Shown: positions 29,893 to 39,922, counted from the stretch's first letter. The stretch is DNA of 55,462 bases from Rubrobacter sp. (GCA_036520255.1 DATDKB010000177.1:1-55462); one strand, 5' to 3'. Notes: generated by a model from the letters alone, not told the origin. A program made the numbers and translations.

Positions 29893-30654
29893 ATGAGCCC
29901 CGTAGCGATAGTGACCGCGTCCGACTCGGGTATCGGTCAGGAGTCGGCGAAGGAACTGGCGGAGAACGGCTTCGACTTGGGCATCACCTACCACGCCGAC
30001 AAGGCGGGGGCACAGGAGACGCTCGAGGCCGTGCGGGCCACGGGGCGAAAGGGCGAGGTGCGGCGGCTAGACCTCACAGAGTTACCTGAAGCGGCCGACG
30101 TGATCGACGACCTCGCCGACTCCCTCGGCGGCCTCGACGTGCTGGTCAACAACGCCGGTACGGGCGACCCGACGGGCGATTTCTTGGAGCTCTCCTACGA
30201 AGAGTGGCAACAGGTCATAGACACCAACCTCTCGGGCGCGTTCCTTTGCGCCCAGAGGGCTGCGCGGCGCATGGTCGATGCGGGAAACGGGGGCAGGATC
30301 GTCAACATCACCTCCGTCCACGAGCACGTCCCGCGCGTCGGCGCCTCCGCGTACTGCTCCTCCAAAGGTGGCCTCGGTCTCCTCACCAAGGTCATGGCGA
30401 TGGAGCTCGCAGAGTACGGCATCCTCGTCAACGCCGTCGGGCCGGGTGAGATCTCCACTCCAATGACCGGGGCCGAAGACGAGGACCCCACGACCATAGA
30501 CCGCCCGAACCTGCCACTCGGCCGCCCCGGCCACGCGCGTGAGATCGCCGCCTGGGTCGCCTTCCTCGCCTCGGAAAAGTCCTCCTACGCAACCGGAGCC
30601 TCGATCGTCGTCGACGGTGGCCTCACCCTGATGGCGGCGGAGCTCTCCAGCTGA
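29893..30654 (+). CDS. SDR family oxidoreductase
   Basis: TASDSGIG, NNAG, YCSSK, PG. Confidence 0.93.
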   Translation: MSPVAIVTASDSGIGQESAKELAENGFDLGITYHADKAGAQETLEAVRATGRKGEVRRLDLTELPEAADVIDDLADSLGGLDVLVNNAGTGDPTGDFLELSYEEWQQVIDTNLSGAFLCAQRAARRMVDAGNGGRIVNITSVHEHVPRVGASAYCSSKGGLGLLTKVMAMELAEYGILVNAVGPGEISTPMTGAEDEDPTTIDRPNLPLGRPGHAREIAAWVAFLASEKSSYATGASIVVDGGLTLMAAELSS

Positions 30655-30705
30655 TGCGACGCGAACCCGAGCATAAGATCCCACGCATCGGCGGATGCAC
30701 CCTGC

Positions 30706-30933
30706 TTGTACGTATGGCATCATGGAGACGAACGAGGTAGTTCGAGCGCTTGGCGGTGGGTAATGAGGAGGACGGTGGGGCCTTACGATATGGTCGCCGT
30801 TTTCGAGTCGCCTGACGGCGAGACCCTGAGCGCCCACCTACTCGAGATCTGCGCTTCTGGAAACGTCAGGACGACAACGATGCGCGCGTACGACCACCGG
30901 GAGATGCCGGGTATCCTCCAAAGGCTTTCCTGA
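30706..30933 (+). pseudogene. GYD-domain protein, 5'-truncated remnant
   Basis: TVGPYDMVAVFESPD...GNVRTTTMRAY; the N-terminal part does not look like the family. Confidence 0.65.
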
Positions 30934-31082
30934 CTGAGCCGTCAGCTTTTCGGCTGGTAGCCAACCGTAGATGGCAGAAGACGCTCATTCCGGGCAGTTC
31001 GGTCTTCCCGAAAAGCGTTGTGATGTCCCAGGAAACGCAACCTGGGGGATATGCTGCCCTGCCTCGTGGGCGTGATATACCG

Positions 31083-32061
31083 ATGGTGATGGACGAGACG
31101 AAAGATAGTACGGGATACAGACGTTAACTTTCACAGGGTTACCTGGCATCCCTGCCCGAACGGAGCGCGCGGGCGGGGGCCGCGCTGACTGGTGGATTGG
31201 TATACGAGGCGGGCGAAGTGCTGTTGCCGCTCGCGGTTCGCCGATCCAGGTCCTACCAGGCGGTGGTCGGACGGTTGCTGCGCATCACGATCGAGCTGGT
31301 AGGCGGCGCCGAGGGCGTCTATCCGACAGAAGAGATACGGGCTCAAGAGTTGCTGGTACGCAAGACGGCGGGCAGTGTGATCGAGCTCGGCAGCTTCCTG
31401 GCGGTTGGTTGGTCGCCGGTCTAGCTCCTGGCCGGGGCCTTCGATCTGATCGGGGGTACGAAGGTATACCTGCGGGTGCTGGTCACGGAGTTGCGGGAGG
31501 CCGGTGTGCTTGCGCCGGAAGAAAACGTGTCGTCTTTCGATGAGCTTTTGACCTCACTGGAAGGCACCTCAGGCGTGCTGGCCGATACTGTCGACGTGCC
31601 CCCGTTGAACATCGCCGGCGGCAGACGGCGGATCTGCCTGACGCCGAAGGGCTGGAGAAGATCTACGCCGACCTGCGCCTGGCCGCCCGGCAAGAGGATC
31701 GCTCGATACGGAGATCTCTTCCGTGGTAGCGCTCGGCGCTGTACGCACAGGCGTGACGTTGAGAAACGTCCACATATTCGACTACTATCGTGGCGCGCTG
31801 CGGACCATCGCGGACGAGGGCCTGGGCTCCTTTCTCTACCGAACCAGCACCCCCTACCTGACACGAGCGCGTTCCCACTTCGATCCCGGGTCGAGCACCC
31901 ACTCGGAACGCCTCGTACGGAGGTCTGCCCACCGCCGTTCACCCGCCGCACGCCAAACGACGCAGGACACGGCCATCGAGAGGGGAGAACGCCGCCGAGG
32001 TCTATCCGACGGGCGAGGGGCAGGACTCGAAAACAAGCAAACCGACGTAAGCCCGCTTTGA
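31083..32061 (+). pseudogene. Hypothetical protein gene with nonsense codons and frameshifts
   Basis: Protein-like frame YLASLPERSARA...GWSPV*LLAGAFDL...DVPPLN with in-frame TAA (31125) and TAG (31422), continuing in another frame to 32061. Confidence 0.7.
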
Positions 32062-32125
32062 GGAGACGGGGCGGGCCCTCGAGGAACGGACTCGGCATTA
32101 ATTGTGCGTGGCCAGGGTTGGGGAG

Positions 32126-33271
32126 CTAGAAGGTCAGCTCGCCCGGTTCACCTTCGAGCTGGTCGAGCTCGTAGCCGAGGTCCCTGGCGAGGGCTTCGTA
32201 GAAGGTTCGGTTGCGGTGGGCGAATGGGAGCCATGCACCGTAACGGGCATAGGCTTCGACTGGTTCAGGATCTCCGTCCAGGCACGCCAGGTCGCGCATG
32301 AAGGCGTCGATGCGCAGGAAGTCGGCGAGCCAGGGGTCCGCCGGGTCCTTGCCTCTCAGGAGGGCAGCCTCAAAGGTTTCGAAGGGGGCCGGGTCGGGGG
32401 CGTCTTTGAGGTTTTCGGAGAGAAAGCGATCGTCGAGGTAGAACACGACGTCCTCAAGGCCGGTGATGAGGGTCGGGAGCCAGGGGGTCTGGCTGCCGGG
32501 GTGGTGCGCCGGGAGGCCCCAGCGCAGGGCTCCGACCATGCCACCTATCATGCGGAGGGCGTAGGGGTGTGAGCGGTAGGCGCGGCGGCTGTGGTAATAG
32601 TAGACGATCGGGTAGCGTCTCATCCCTTCGTAGATCTCCACGAGGCCGCGGTGGAGCTGCATCATGTGCGTCTCCAGGCCCCTGTGCTGGCCTTCGGGGA
32701 AGTGCGGGGTCAGGATACTCAATGGATCCCTCGTGTCCTGGGCCTGGTGATAGAGGCCCGCCGCGAGGACGCCCAGTTGCTGGAAGACACCGTAGATGCC
32801 GAGCACGTAGGTTATCGCGAGCGTCAGGATACCGAAGCCGTTGAGGGCCTCGGAGACGGCGATCACCTGGTAGAGCCCGCTCGTCGGCGTGACGTCGCCC
32901 AGACCCAGGGTAGAAATGGTGATTCCACTGAAGTACAGAGATTCCCAGAAAGATGGGTCGAGGCTCGGAACCGAGAGCGAGAAATTACCGTCCAGCATCC
33001 CTTTGTAATAGATAAAGGCGTAGCCCCAAGAGAGGAGCAGGATCCACACGACTATCGTAGCGGGGACCATGAGCGGGGCCGCCATAGAAAGCCCCAACGC
33101 CCTGTACCTGCGCGGTAGCAGACGCGTCAAGAACCGCACCGAGCCGTACAACCTGTGGTACAGGCGGCTGCTCAGGAACCCGAAACCGTCGTAGTGGAGC
33201 ACCGTGAAAAACACGTCCAGTATCCCCACGAAGATCAAAAAGACGCCGAGCGGTATCAAAAACCAATCCAT
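32126..33271 (-). CDS. Potassium channel family protein (Ion_trans_2-type pore domain)
   Basis: SLYFSGITISTLGLGDVTP pore signature; TM helices; YPIVYYYH. Confidence 0.85.
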   Translation of the reverse strand: MDWFLIPLGVFLIFVGILDVFFTVLHYDGFGFLSSRLYHRLYGSVRFLTRLLPRRYRALGLSMAAPLMVPATIVVWILLLSWGYAFIYYKGMLDGNFSLSVPSLDPSFWESLYFSGITISTLGLGDVTPTSGLYQVIAVSEALNGFGILTLAITYVLGIYGVFQQLGVLAAGLYHQAQDTRDPLSILTPHFPEGQHRGLETHMMQLHRGLVEIYEGMRRYPIVYYYHSRRAYRSHPYALRMIGGMVGALRWGLPAHHPGSQTPWLPTLITGLEDVVFYLDDRFLSENLKDAPDPAPFETFEAALLRGKDPADPWLADFLRIDAFMRDLACLDGDPEPVEAYARYGAWLPFAHRNRTFYEALARDLGYELDQLEGEPGELTF

Positions 33272-33306
33272 GCGAAGAAAATACCAGACCGTCTGGAACC
33301 CGGCAG

Positions 33307-33333
33307 GTAGGGGCGGTTCGCGAACCGGTCTAC
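33307..33333. repeat. GTAG-type REP-like palindrome
   Basis: GTAGGGGCGGTTCGCGAACCGGTCTAC, overlapping the stop codon of the ATP-grasp gene. Confidence 0.6.
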
Positions 33334-34736
33334 TGCGGCAGCACCCAGGTATCCTTCATCTTGCCGCCGCTCGAAATGTTGACCAGTTTGTTGCCGGGCG
33401 CGGCGACCCGCGTCATGGCTCCTGGCACTACCTTGATCGTCTCAGCGTCAGGGGCGAGGGCGTGGATGCGCAAATCGGCGTGGGCGTCGCGCAAAACGAA
33501 GGCATCGTCATCCGTCTCGCAGAGGACGTGGGTGGAGAAATTTATGGTCTCCTGGGCCACATACTCGACCGGGTTCTCCTCCACGGTCTTGCGGAACTCC
33601 TCGATGGTTTCTTTCGACTCCTGGGGGGCGATGAGCACGTCTGTACCACCCCAGCCGCTGCGGCTCTTTATTACCAGCTCGTCGAAGTGGTCCATCACGT
33701 AGCTTTTGTCTTGCTCGACGGCGAGAGAGTAGGTATCGACGTTGGCGAGCACCGGCTCTTCGCCGAGGTAGGTCCGGATCATCTCGGGTACGAACGGATA
33801 CACGCCCTTGTCGTCGGCGATGTCGAGGTTGGGGGCGAAGACGGCGTTGACCAGACCTTTGTAGTGGGACTCGACCAGCCCTTCCACGTTGTCGTAGATC
33901 CTGCCGGTCTCGATGCGTTCGTAGATGACGTCGATGCGCCGGCCGCTCCCCTTGTGGACGAGCGTTCCGTCACCGTCCAGCTCGACCTCGTGACACTCGG
34001 CCAGAATCGCCCCTAGCTCCGCGGCGAAGACCCTGTGGTCGATGTGGTACTGGTCGTCGGGACCTGTGGATAGGATCGCTACTACCGGGTCGGGTTCGGG
34101 CGAAGCGCCCCGCACGACCTCACCGAAAAGGTCCATCAGCCCCTCGAGCGACCTCACTCCTAATGCCTTGTAGGACTCGGGCAGTACGTCGGGGGTCATC
34201 GCCCTGAGCAGGCTCATCGGCTCGATGCCAACGGGCATCTTGGAGTTGTCCTCGATGCTCAGGTACTCCCACCCGCCGGACCGGCCGGAGCGGGCTTCGG
34301 CGACGATGTCGAAGCCCATCTGCCGGTTGGGAACTTCCCCGAACCGGATCGGCACGGAAGCGTCGAAGAGGGCGCTGCTCTCGATGACCTCCTTCGGGAC
34401 GACCTCGTCCTTTCCGGCTTCGAGGCGCTTGAGCCACTCGTTGATCGCGCGCATCCGCTGCGCCAGGCCCCGCTCCAGAACGTCCCAGTCCGCGGCAGGC
34501 AAGATCCGGGGCACGTAATCTGTGGGATGGACCCCATCGTCGGGCTCCATGCCCAACTCCCGCTGCCTGTCGACCAGCCACCCACGCGCCTCCCGAGTCC
34601 TCCGCCCCCACTCCCTGGGCCCCATCCGACCCATTTCCTCGAGCACGGGCCGGTAATGTGAAAAGGGCTCGCCATCGGGTCCGAAGACCTCGTTGGGTGA
34701 GGACATATCTCGCTGGAAATCAAAGCGGTCAACCAT
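33330..34736 (-). CDS. Circularly permuted type 2 ATP-grasp protein
   Basis: DYVPRIL, EDN, DVIYERI, IADDK, YLGEEP, HADLR, PGAMTRVA, VNISSGGKMKDTWV. Confidence 0.9.
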   Translation of the reverse strand: MVDRFDFQRDMSSPNEVFGPDGEPFSHYRPVLEEMGRMGPREWGRRTREARGWLVDRQRELGMEPDDGVHPTDYVPRILPAADWDVLERGLAQRMRAINEWLKRLEAGKDEVVPKEVIESSALFDASVPIRFGEVPNRQMGFDIVAEARSGRSGGWEYLSIEDNSKMPVGIEPMSLLRAMTPDVLPESYKALGVRSLEGLMDLFGEVVRGASPEPDPVVAILSTGPDDQYHIDHRVFAAELGAILAECHEVELDGDGTLVHKGSGRRIDVIYERIETGRIYDNVEGLVESHYKGLVNAVFAPNLDIADDKGVYPFVPEMIRTYLGEEPVLANVDTYSLAVEQDKSYVMDHFDELVIKSRSGWGGTDVLIAPQESKETIEEFRKTVEENPVEYVAQETINFSTHVLCETDDDAFVLRDAHADLRIHALAPDAETIKVVPGAMTRVAAPGNKLVNISSGGKMKDTWVLPQ

Positions 34737-34872
34737 TAGCTTTCAGCCGTCATCTTTCTATTGGAGGGCTTTGCTTTCGACGGAAACGAGGATCTCATCC
34801 GGCAGATAGTAGCGTTTTCGCGAGGCGGTCGCTTCATCTTGCTCCTGAATGCTGGCCGCTGAAAGCCGATGG

Positions 34873-35280
34873 CTATCCGAAAACCCCCACGAGTACGCAC
34901 GGAGAACCGAGGAGGAAAGAGAGCGCGAAGGTGACGGCGAAGAAGACGTTCTCGTCGGAGGTGTAGGAGTAGAGGCGCTTGTAGTGGAACATAAGGAGGG
35001 CTGAGGGGATGGCTATGCTGGTCATCAGGACGGCAGTAACGCGCACGGTGTTGAGGGGGCCGATCCGGCCGAAGACGCCCACGGAGTTGAGTAGTAGCAA
35101 GCCGAACCAGTCGGCGGTTAGCATCAAGGAGACGCCGAAGACGGCCAGAAGCGAGTAGAACAGGGAGTTCGAGAACAGCGGCCCCCTGACGGGTGCCTCG
35201 GAGGTCGCATCCTCCAGGTCTTCGAACAGCGTCTTCGGCGGTTCACGGAACAACTTGGGCATCTTTCTGCGAAACCTCAT
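34873..35280 (-). CDS. Hypothetical membrane protein
   Basis: 135-aa ORF with about three hydrophobic segments. Confidence 0.65.
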   Translation of the reverse strand: MRFRRKMPKLFREPPKTLFEDLEDATSEAPVRGPLFSNSLFYSLLAVFGVSLMLTADWFGLLLLNSVGVFGRIGPLNTVRVTAVLMTSIAIPSALLMFHYKRLYSYTSDENVFFAVTFALSFLLGSPCVLVGVFG

Positions 35281-35320
35281 GAGGAGCGTAATGGTAACGC
35301 AAGGAGGCCGTTTGTGCCGC

Positions 35321-36127
35321 TTATGAACGGAAAAAGCCGCCCTCAGAGTGGATGATCTGGCCGGTGATCCAGGCCGCCTCCTCAGAAGCCAGGAAAGCTA
35401 CGAGCCTCGCTATGTCCCCTGGCTGCCCGATTCTTCCGAGGGGGAACTTGTGGATGAGTTCCTGTTCCAACTCCTCGGTCATCCAACCCGTGTCGGTAGG
35501 ACCGGGGTTGACGGCGTTTACCGTGATTCCTTTGTGGCCGACCTCGACGGCGAGCGTCCGGGTGAAGGCCTCGATCGCACCTTTGGTCGCGACGTAGGCA
35601 AGTTCCCCCGGCATTGGCCCCAGAGACTGGCCGGAGCTGAAGTTGACGATCCTGCCCCCAGGCCCGCCCGGATATCGCCTGGCGAATTCGACGCTGAGCA
35701 GCGCCATCGCCCGCACGTTGACGGCGTAGTGGGCGTCGAGCGTCCTCGCGTCGAGGTCCTCGAAGCTGTCGCGGCTGGAATACGCGGCGACGTTGACGAG
35801 GATCGAAGGCCTCCCCAACACCTCTTCAGCCCCGTCGAGAAGGAGCCGCGCCGAATCAGGCAGGGAGAGATCCACCTCCACCCCTTCAGCCCCGACGCCG
35901 ATAGCGCGCAACTCCCCCAGCAGCGCCTCAGGCTCATCCTCCTCCGGCGCCCCCGGCGTCTCGCGATCGTAATCTCTCCAGTAGGAGAAGGCGACGTCGG
36001 CACCGCGGGAAGCGAGCGCTCTACAAACCGCCGATCCTATTCCCCTCTTCCTCCCGACGCCGGTAACGAGCGCGACGCGACCGCGCAGGTCTCCCACCGG
36101 AGAGGTCGTGGGTTGGGTGTCGGGCAT
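35321..36127 (-). CDS. SDR family oxidoreductase
   Basis: ALVTGVGRKRGIG, YVATK, NPGPTDTGW. Confidence 0.93.
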   Translation of the reverse strand: MPDTQPTTSPVGDLRGRVALVTGVGRKRGIGSAVCRALASRGADVAFSYWRDYDRETPGAPEEDEPEALLGELRAIGVGAEGVEVDLSLPDSARLLLDGAEEVLGRPSILVNVAAYSSRDSFEDLDARTLDAHYAVNVRAMALLSVEFARRYPGGPGGRIVNFSSGQSLGPMPGELAYVATKGAIEAFTRTLAVEVGHKGITVNAVNPGPTDTGWMTEELEQELIHKFPLGRIGQPGDIARLVAFLASEEAAWITGQIIHSEGGFFRS

Positions 36128-36130
36128 GGG

Positions 36131-37297
36131 TTACTCCTTGACTATCGGTTCCGTGGGCTCCTGGTCCGCGCGGTTGGCGGTCTCGTGGAGGGCTTCGAGG
36201 GCTTCTGCCGAGTCCATGCCGGAGGCACGCAGGAGATCCACGGCCGTCGACCGGATCTGGCCGACCAGCATGCTGGTCCTGAGGTCGCTACGCTCGGCGA
36301 GCACGGCGGTCGCCCCTCCCGCCGCTGCGAGGGCGAACCTGCGGGTCTCCACGGGGTGCTCGGGCTCCTCGATGTAGGCTGCGAGGGTCTCGACGGCGTA
36401 AGCGAGGTCGAGGATGGTCTCGGAGAGCGCCTCGGGTACAGTCCCTCCCTCGCGTATCGCCGTCGCGGCGGCCCGCGCGAGCACCCTTATGTTTCGCACC
36501 GCGAGGTCCAACTGGTCGGACGCCGTAGCGTAGAGCCCGAGTTGCCCGAGCGCCCGCCTGCGCGGTGGGGAGAGCCTCGCGGTGTCGTAGCCGGCGTCGA
36601 GCGCCTCCCTAAAGGAGTCCATGCGCCCGTCCGTCTCGCGTGCCTTGTGCAGGGCGTGTTCGGCCATCTGGAGGTTGCCGGCACGCAGGGCTGTCGCCGT
36701 CTCACGCAACGCCTCGACGAGGTCGTCGAAGATCGGGTGTGCCGCCCGCTCCACGAGGTGCCTGGGATCGCTCGGGAACACGGCCCGCACCCCGAGCGCC
36801 ACGCCAGCGCCGAGGAGCGCCTCCAGGAAGCGTTCGGGCGACCAGCCCGAGGTCGAGGGATCGAGCATTACCGTGAACAGCGCCGTCACGCCCGCCTCGG
36901 AGACGAGCGCAGGCCCGCCCCCGAGCAGCCACGCCACGGCCATCGCCAGCGCGACGACGACCCCTATCTGGACCGTCCCCGTCCCGATGAGCACCACCAG
37001 CAGATCCGCTACCGCAAGCCCGCACGCAACCCCGAAGACAAGCTCGAGTACCCGACGCCCCTCCTGCCCCACGACAACCCCCGTGGAGATAACTGCCGCT
37101 ATGGCCGCGAAGTAAGGCTGGCCGTGCCCGAGCACCGCAGAAGCCAGAAACCACGCCAGGCTCGCCGCCACCGACGTCTGTAAGATAGGCCAAACCCCGA
37201 CCCCTAACCGGCCCGATACTTCCTGAGACCAGCGCCGCAACGTCCCCGACCCGCCGTCAGGCACAACCCACGCCAACACACCCAGATTCACAACCAA
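36131..37297 (-). CDS. FUSC/aromatic acid exporter family membrane protein
   Basis: LQTSVAASLAW...FAAIAAVI TM region and helical C-terminus (ARLSP.RR, AVRNIRVLAR). Confidence 0.85.
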   Translation of the reverse strand: MVVNLGVLAWVVPDGGSGTLRRWSQEVSGRLGVGVWPILQTSVAASLAWFLASAVLGHGQPYFAAIAAVISTGVVVGQEGRRVLELVFGVACGLAVADLLVVLIGTGTVQIGVVVALAMAVAWLLGGGPALVSEAGVTALFTVMLDPSTSGWSPERFLEALLGAGVALGVRAVFPSDPRHLVERAAHPIFDDLVEALRETATALRAGNLQMAEHALHKARETDGRMDSFREALDAGYDTARLSPPRRRALGQLGLYATASDQLDLAVRNIRVLARAAATAIREGGTVPEALSETILDLAYAVETLAAYIEEPEHPVETRRFALAAAGGATAVLAERSDLRTSMLVGQIRSTAVDLLRASGMDSAEALEALHETANRADQEPTEPIVKE

Positions 37298-37402
37298 ACA
37301 CCTCCTTCGTTATTCTCGTGGTACTTATATGCGCTTTGCACTCATTCGAGGCTAACACGGTCTTCCGCGAGCTTAAAGGGTTTTTGGAGGAGTTTGAACA
37401 GC

Positions 37403-37430
37403 TTGTTATCGTGTTGTTACCCGGTTGTTA
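37403..37430. promoter_or_regulatory. Three TTGTTA direct repeats at 11-bp spacing
   Basis: TTGTTA at 37403, 37414 and 37425, upstream of the FUSC gene. Confidence 0.5.
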
Positions 37431-37534
37431 CTTTCTCTGGATCCAGCCATAATTGAGGATGGTTCGGACCGTGAGATCCATCTGGGCGAGATCGACGGTA
37501 CGTTCCGGCTGGACAGCACCTGTGTTCGTAGACA

Positions 37535-37698
37535 TTACGTTGCCTTGACTTCTTGAACGAACCAGTCGAGCACTTTGAGGAATCGATTCAGTTGTGTACC
37601 ATCTTGCAGTACGGAGAGGAAAAACCAGGGGCGTTTGCCGATGATAGTGTCACCAGGAACGTCGATGCCGGAAATATGGTTCAAGAGTTCCAGGTCAC
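37535..37698 (-). pseudogene. Lower-GC gene remnant
   Basis: Strong RBS (AAGGAGAGGAG) and GTG followed, out of frame, by a protein-like C-terminus LLNHISGIDVPGDTIIGKRPWFFLSVL...FLKVLDWFVQEVKAT*. Confidence 0.4.
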
Positions 37699-37722
37699 AA
37701 TAGTCTCCTCTCCTTACCGCCT

Positions 37723-37959
37723 CTAGCTTCTCGAAGAACCTTCCGTCAGGCGGCTCACCTCCACGTACTCGCTACTGGACGAAGGTTCTGGGATCGGCAG
37801 TCCTTCCTCGCGCAGCCCCTCCAGGTGTAGGTCGACGGCTTCTCCTATCAGGTGCAACGCTTGTTCTTTGGTTTCTCCCACGGCGGCGCAGCCTGGAAGA
37901 TCAGGCACGTACGCGCCGACGTTGCTCTCGCCCTGTTCCACGATCACCACGTAGCGCAT
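37723..37959 (-). CDS. HicB family antitoxin (no adjacent HicA)
   Basis: YVVIVEQ...AYVPDLPGCAAVGET.E.A...EAV.LHLEGLREEGLPIPEP. Confidence 0.88.
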   Translation of the reverse strand: MRYVVIVEQGESNVGAYVPDLPGCAAVGETKEQALHLIGEAVDLHLEGLREEGLPIPEPSSSSEYVEVSRLTEGSSRS

Positions 37960-37987
37960 AACAGCTCACCCGCACGAATCTTGAACA

Positions 37988-38851
37988 TCAGAGCAATTCC
38001 CCCCTCGCCACCATTTGCACCTTGCCCCCGACTTGGACGCTTATATGATCGCCTTCCCTTTCCGCTCGCAGGTATAGAAGCGATGGACGGTGTATCTCGT
38101 ACCCCTGCTCGATCCGCGCGTCTACGGAGTCGGTTCCGAGGTAGCAGTGTTCGACCAGGTAGGCGGCCAGGCAGCCTGCTGCACTGCCGGTCGCCGGGTC
38201 TTCGGGGACGCCGAGGTCGTTCGCGAACATGCGGGCCGAGAGGTCACCGGGGCCGTCTTCGTGTGGTTCCGGGCAGAAGACGTAGAGGTTCTTTCCCGGG
38301 CCCACGAGATCCAGGTATCGTTCCCAGTCGACCTTGCAGCGTTGTAGGGCGTCCAGGTCTCTCAGCGGGACTACGAGGGCCGGGAGCCCGGTTGACACTT
38401 CCTGTACCGGGAAGCGGTCGTCCAGATTCGCCGGTTCGAGGTTCAGGGCTCGGGCGGTGAGAGCGGGGTCGAGGGTCTCGCCGAAGGTAGGCGGAAGTTG
38501 GCGCATCCAGAGTAGGTCGCCAAAGGCCACAGGGATCTTGCCGACTTTCAGGTTGAGGGTGATCTGCTCGACTGGCTCGCACAGGATCTCCTGCCGGATC
38601 ACGTACGCAGTGCCCAGTGTCGGGTGTCCGGCGAAGGGCACCTCCCCGCCCGGCGTGAAGATGCGCACATCGTAGCCGCCGCCAGTCTCCTCGTCCGCGA
38701 GGACGAACGTTGTCTCGGAGTAGTTTATCTCGAGGGCTATTTTCCCGAGCGCCTCGTCGGACAAGTCCGCGCCGCCGCGAACAACGGCGAGCTGGTTGCC
38801 CGCGTACTTCTCCTCGGCGAATACATCCACGATGTAGAAGGTGGGGCTCAC
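37988..38851 (-). CDS. PhzF family isomerase
   Basis: VDVF...GNQLAV, SETTF, EVPFAGHPTLG, EDPATGSA. Confidence 0.93.
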   Translation of the reverse strand: MSPTFYIVDVFAEEKYAGNQLAVVRGGADLSDEALGKIALEINYSETTFVLADEETGGGYDVRIFTPGGEVPFAGHPTLGTAYVIRQEILCEPVEQITLNLKVGKIPVAFGDLLWMRQLPPTFGETLDPALTARALNLEPANLDDRFPVQEVSTGLPALVVPLRDLDALQRCKVDWERYLDLVGPGKNLYVFCPEPHEDGPGDLSARMFANDLGVPEDPATGSAAGCLAAYLVEHCYLGTDSVDARIEQGYEIHRPSLLYLRAEREGDHISVQVGGKVQMVARGELL

Positions 38852-39030
38852 GGGCGACTCCTCTCACGGCGTCTCTGCGCCGCCAGTCAGTAGGTGGGCA
38901 GGGGCCACCTGGCGGCCGCCCTAGCTCTACTTCCCACGTACCGTTTGCGTCCACATAATCATAGAGCAAGTTCCGTGGAAAGCGGAAGCATGCCCACAAT
39001 CACCGCCGCCGAAGCGTTGCGTGGCCGGAT

Positions 39031-39312
39031 GTGATCCAGGTCAAGCCGGTGTACAATCCGCCCATGACGGTCTTTCGCTATGGGCGAGAACACTTCGAGG
39101 AGGGTGAGTACGTGCGTCGCGTGGAGGCGACGCCTGGCAACGACCTCGACCCCGTAGTACGCATCGTCGAAGACCTTGGCACCGTCGAGATCCCCTGCGG
39201 CAAAGTCGACTGCCGCAGCAACTGCATCGAATACATGGTCAGCGCCAGGAGCAAACGCGACGACTACGCCCTCGCCGAATGCAAAGTCCTCCCACTGGTA
39301 AGCATTATCTAG
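39031..39312 (+). CDS. Hypothetical protein
   Basis: 93-aa ORF with host-like codon usage and four Cys. Confidence 0.55.
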   Translation: MIQVKPVYNPPMTVFRYGREHFEEGEYVRRVEATPGNDLDPVVRIVEDLGTVEIPCGKVDCRSNCIEYMVSARSKRDDYALAECKVLPLVSII

Positions 39313-39379
39313 CACGCTTCGGTTTCGCCTTCGTTTGCAGCCGGTCAGCATTCCAGCTTGGCTGAAACGTGCTAAAGAG

Positions 39380-39922
39380 CTACTCTTCCCAGGAGTAGCT
39401 CTTCTGTTCCGGGGGTTTTTCGGGGGCGTAGAGGCGTTGGAGCGCGCCGCCAACCAGGGGCGAGAGGAAGAGGCCGGCGAGGCCTGCGGGCAGGAGGTCG
39501 CGGGCGATAGACCAGGCGTAGAGGAGCGGTACTCCTGTGGGGTGGATGGCGCCTCTTATGAGACGCAGGGGATCGAGGACACCGCCGGGAGGGAGGATGC
39601 CTGTTGCGTAGATTACGAGGGTGAGGACGCCAGAGATGAGGCCAGTAAGAAGGGCGAGCGCGAGGCTGAGGATCAGGCGCGGGCCGGGACCTTCCCTGCG
39701 GGAGCGTCCCGGTAGCAGGGCGGCGCCGAACAGGGGGGCGGCGATCAGGCCACCGATCAGGCCGACGGCCATGTAGACGAGGGCGAGGATGGTCAGGTCC
39801 CCCTCGCTGCTCTGTCCTCCCTGCAGGATCAAAAGCACGAAAGGCTCGGGAAAGAGCGACTTTATGAACATGAAACCGAAGCCGTAAGCGGCCCCTATCC
39901 CGAGCAGTCGCAACAGGATCAT
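39380..39922 (-). CDS. Hypothetical membrane protein
   Basis: About four hydrophobic helices. Confidence 0.75.
   Translation of the reverse strand: MILLRLLGIGAAYGFGFMFIKSLFPEPFVLLILQGGQSSEGDLTILALVYMAVGLIGGLIAAPLFGAALLPGRSRREGPGPRLILSLALALLTGLISGVLTLVIYATGILPPGGVLDPLRLIRGAIHPTGVPLLYAWSIARDLLPAGLAGLFLSPLVGGALQRLYAPEKPPEQKSYSWEE

Noticed and set aside
35348-37183. 611-aa + strand ORF and other long antisense ORFs (e.g. 15910-17181, 15665-16591)
   Set aside because: Shadow frames opposite well-supported genes in high-GC DNA; no recognisable motifs
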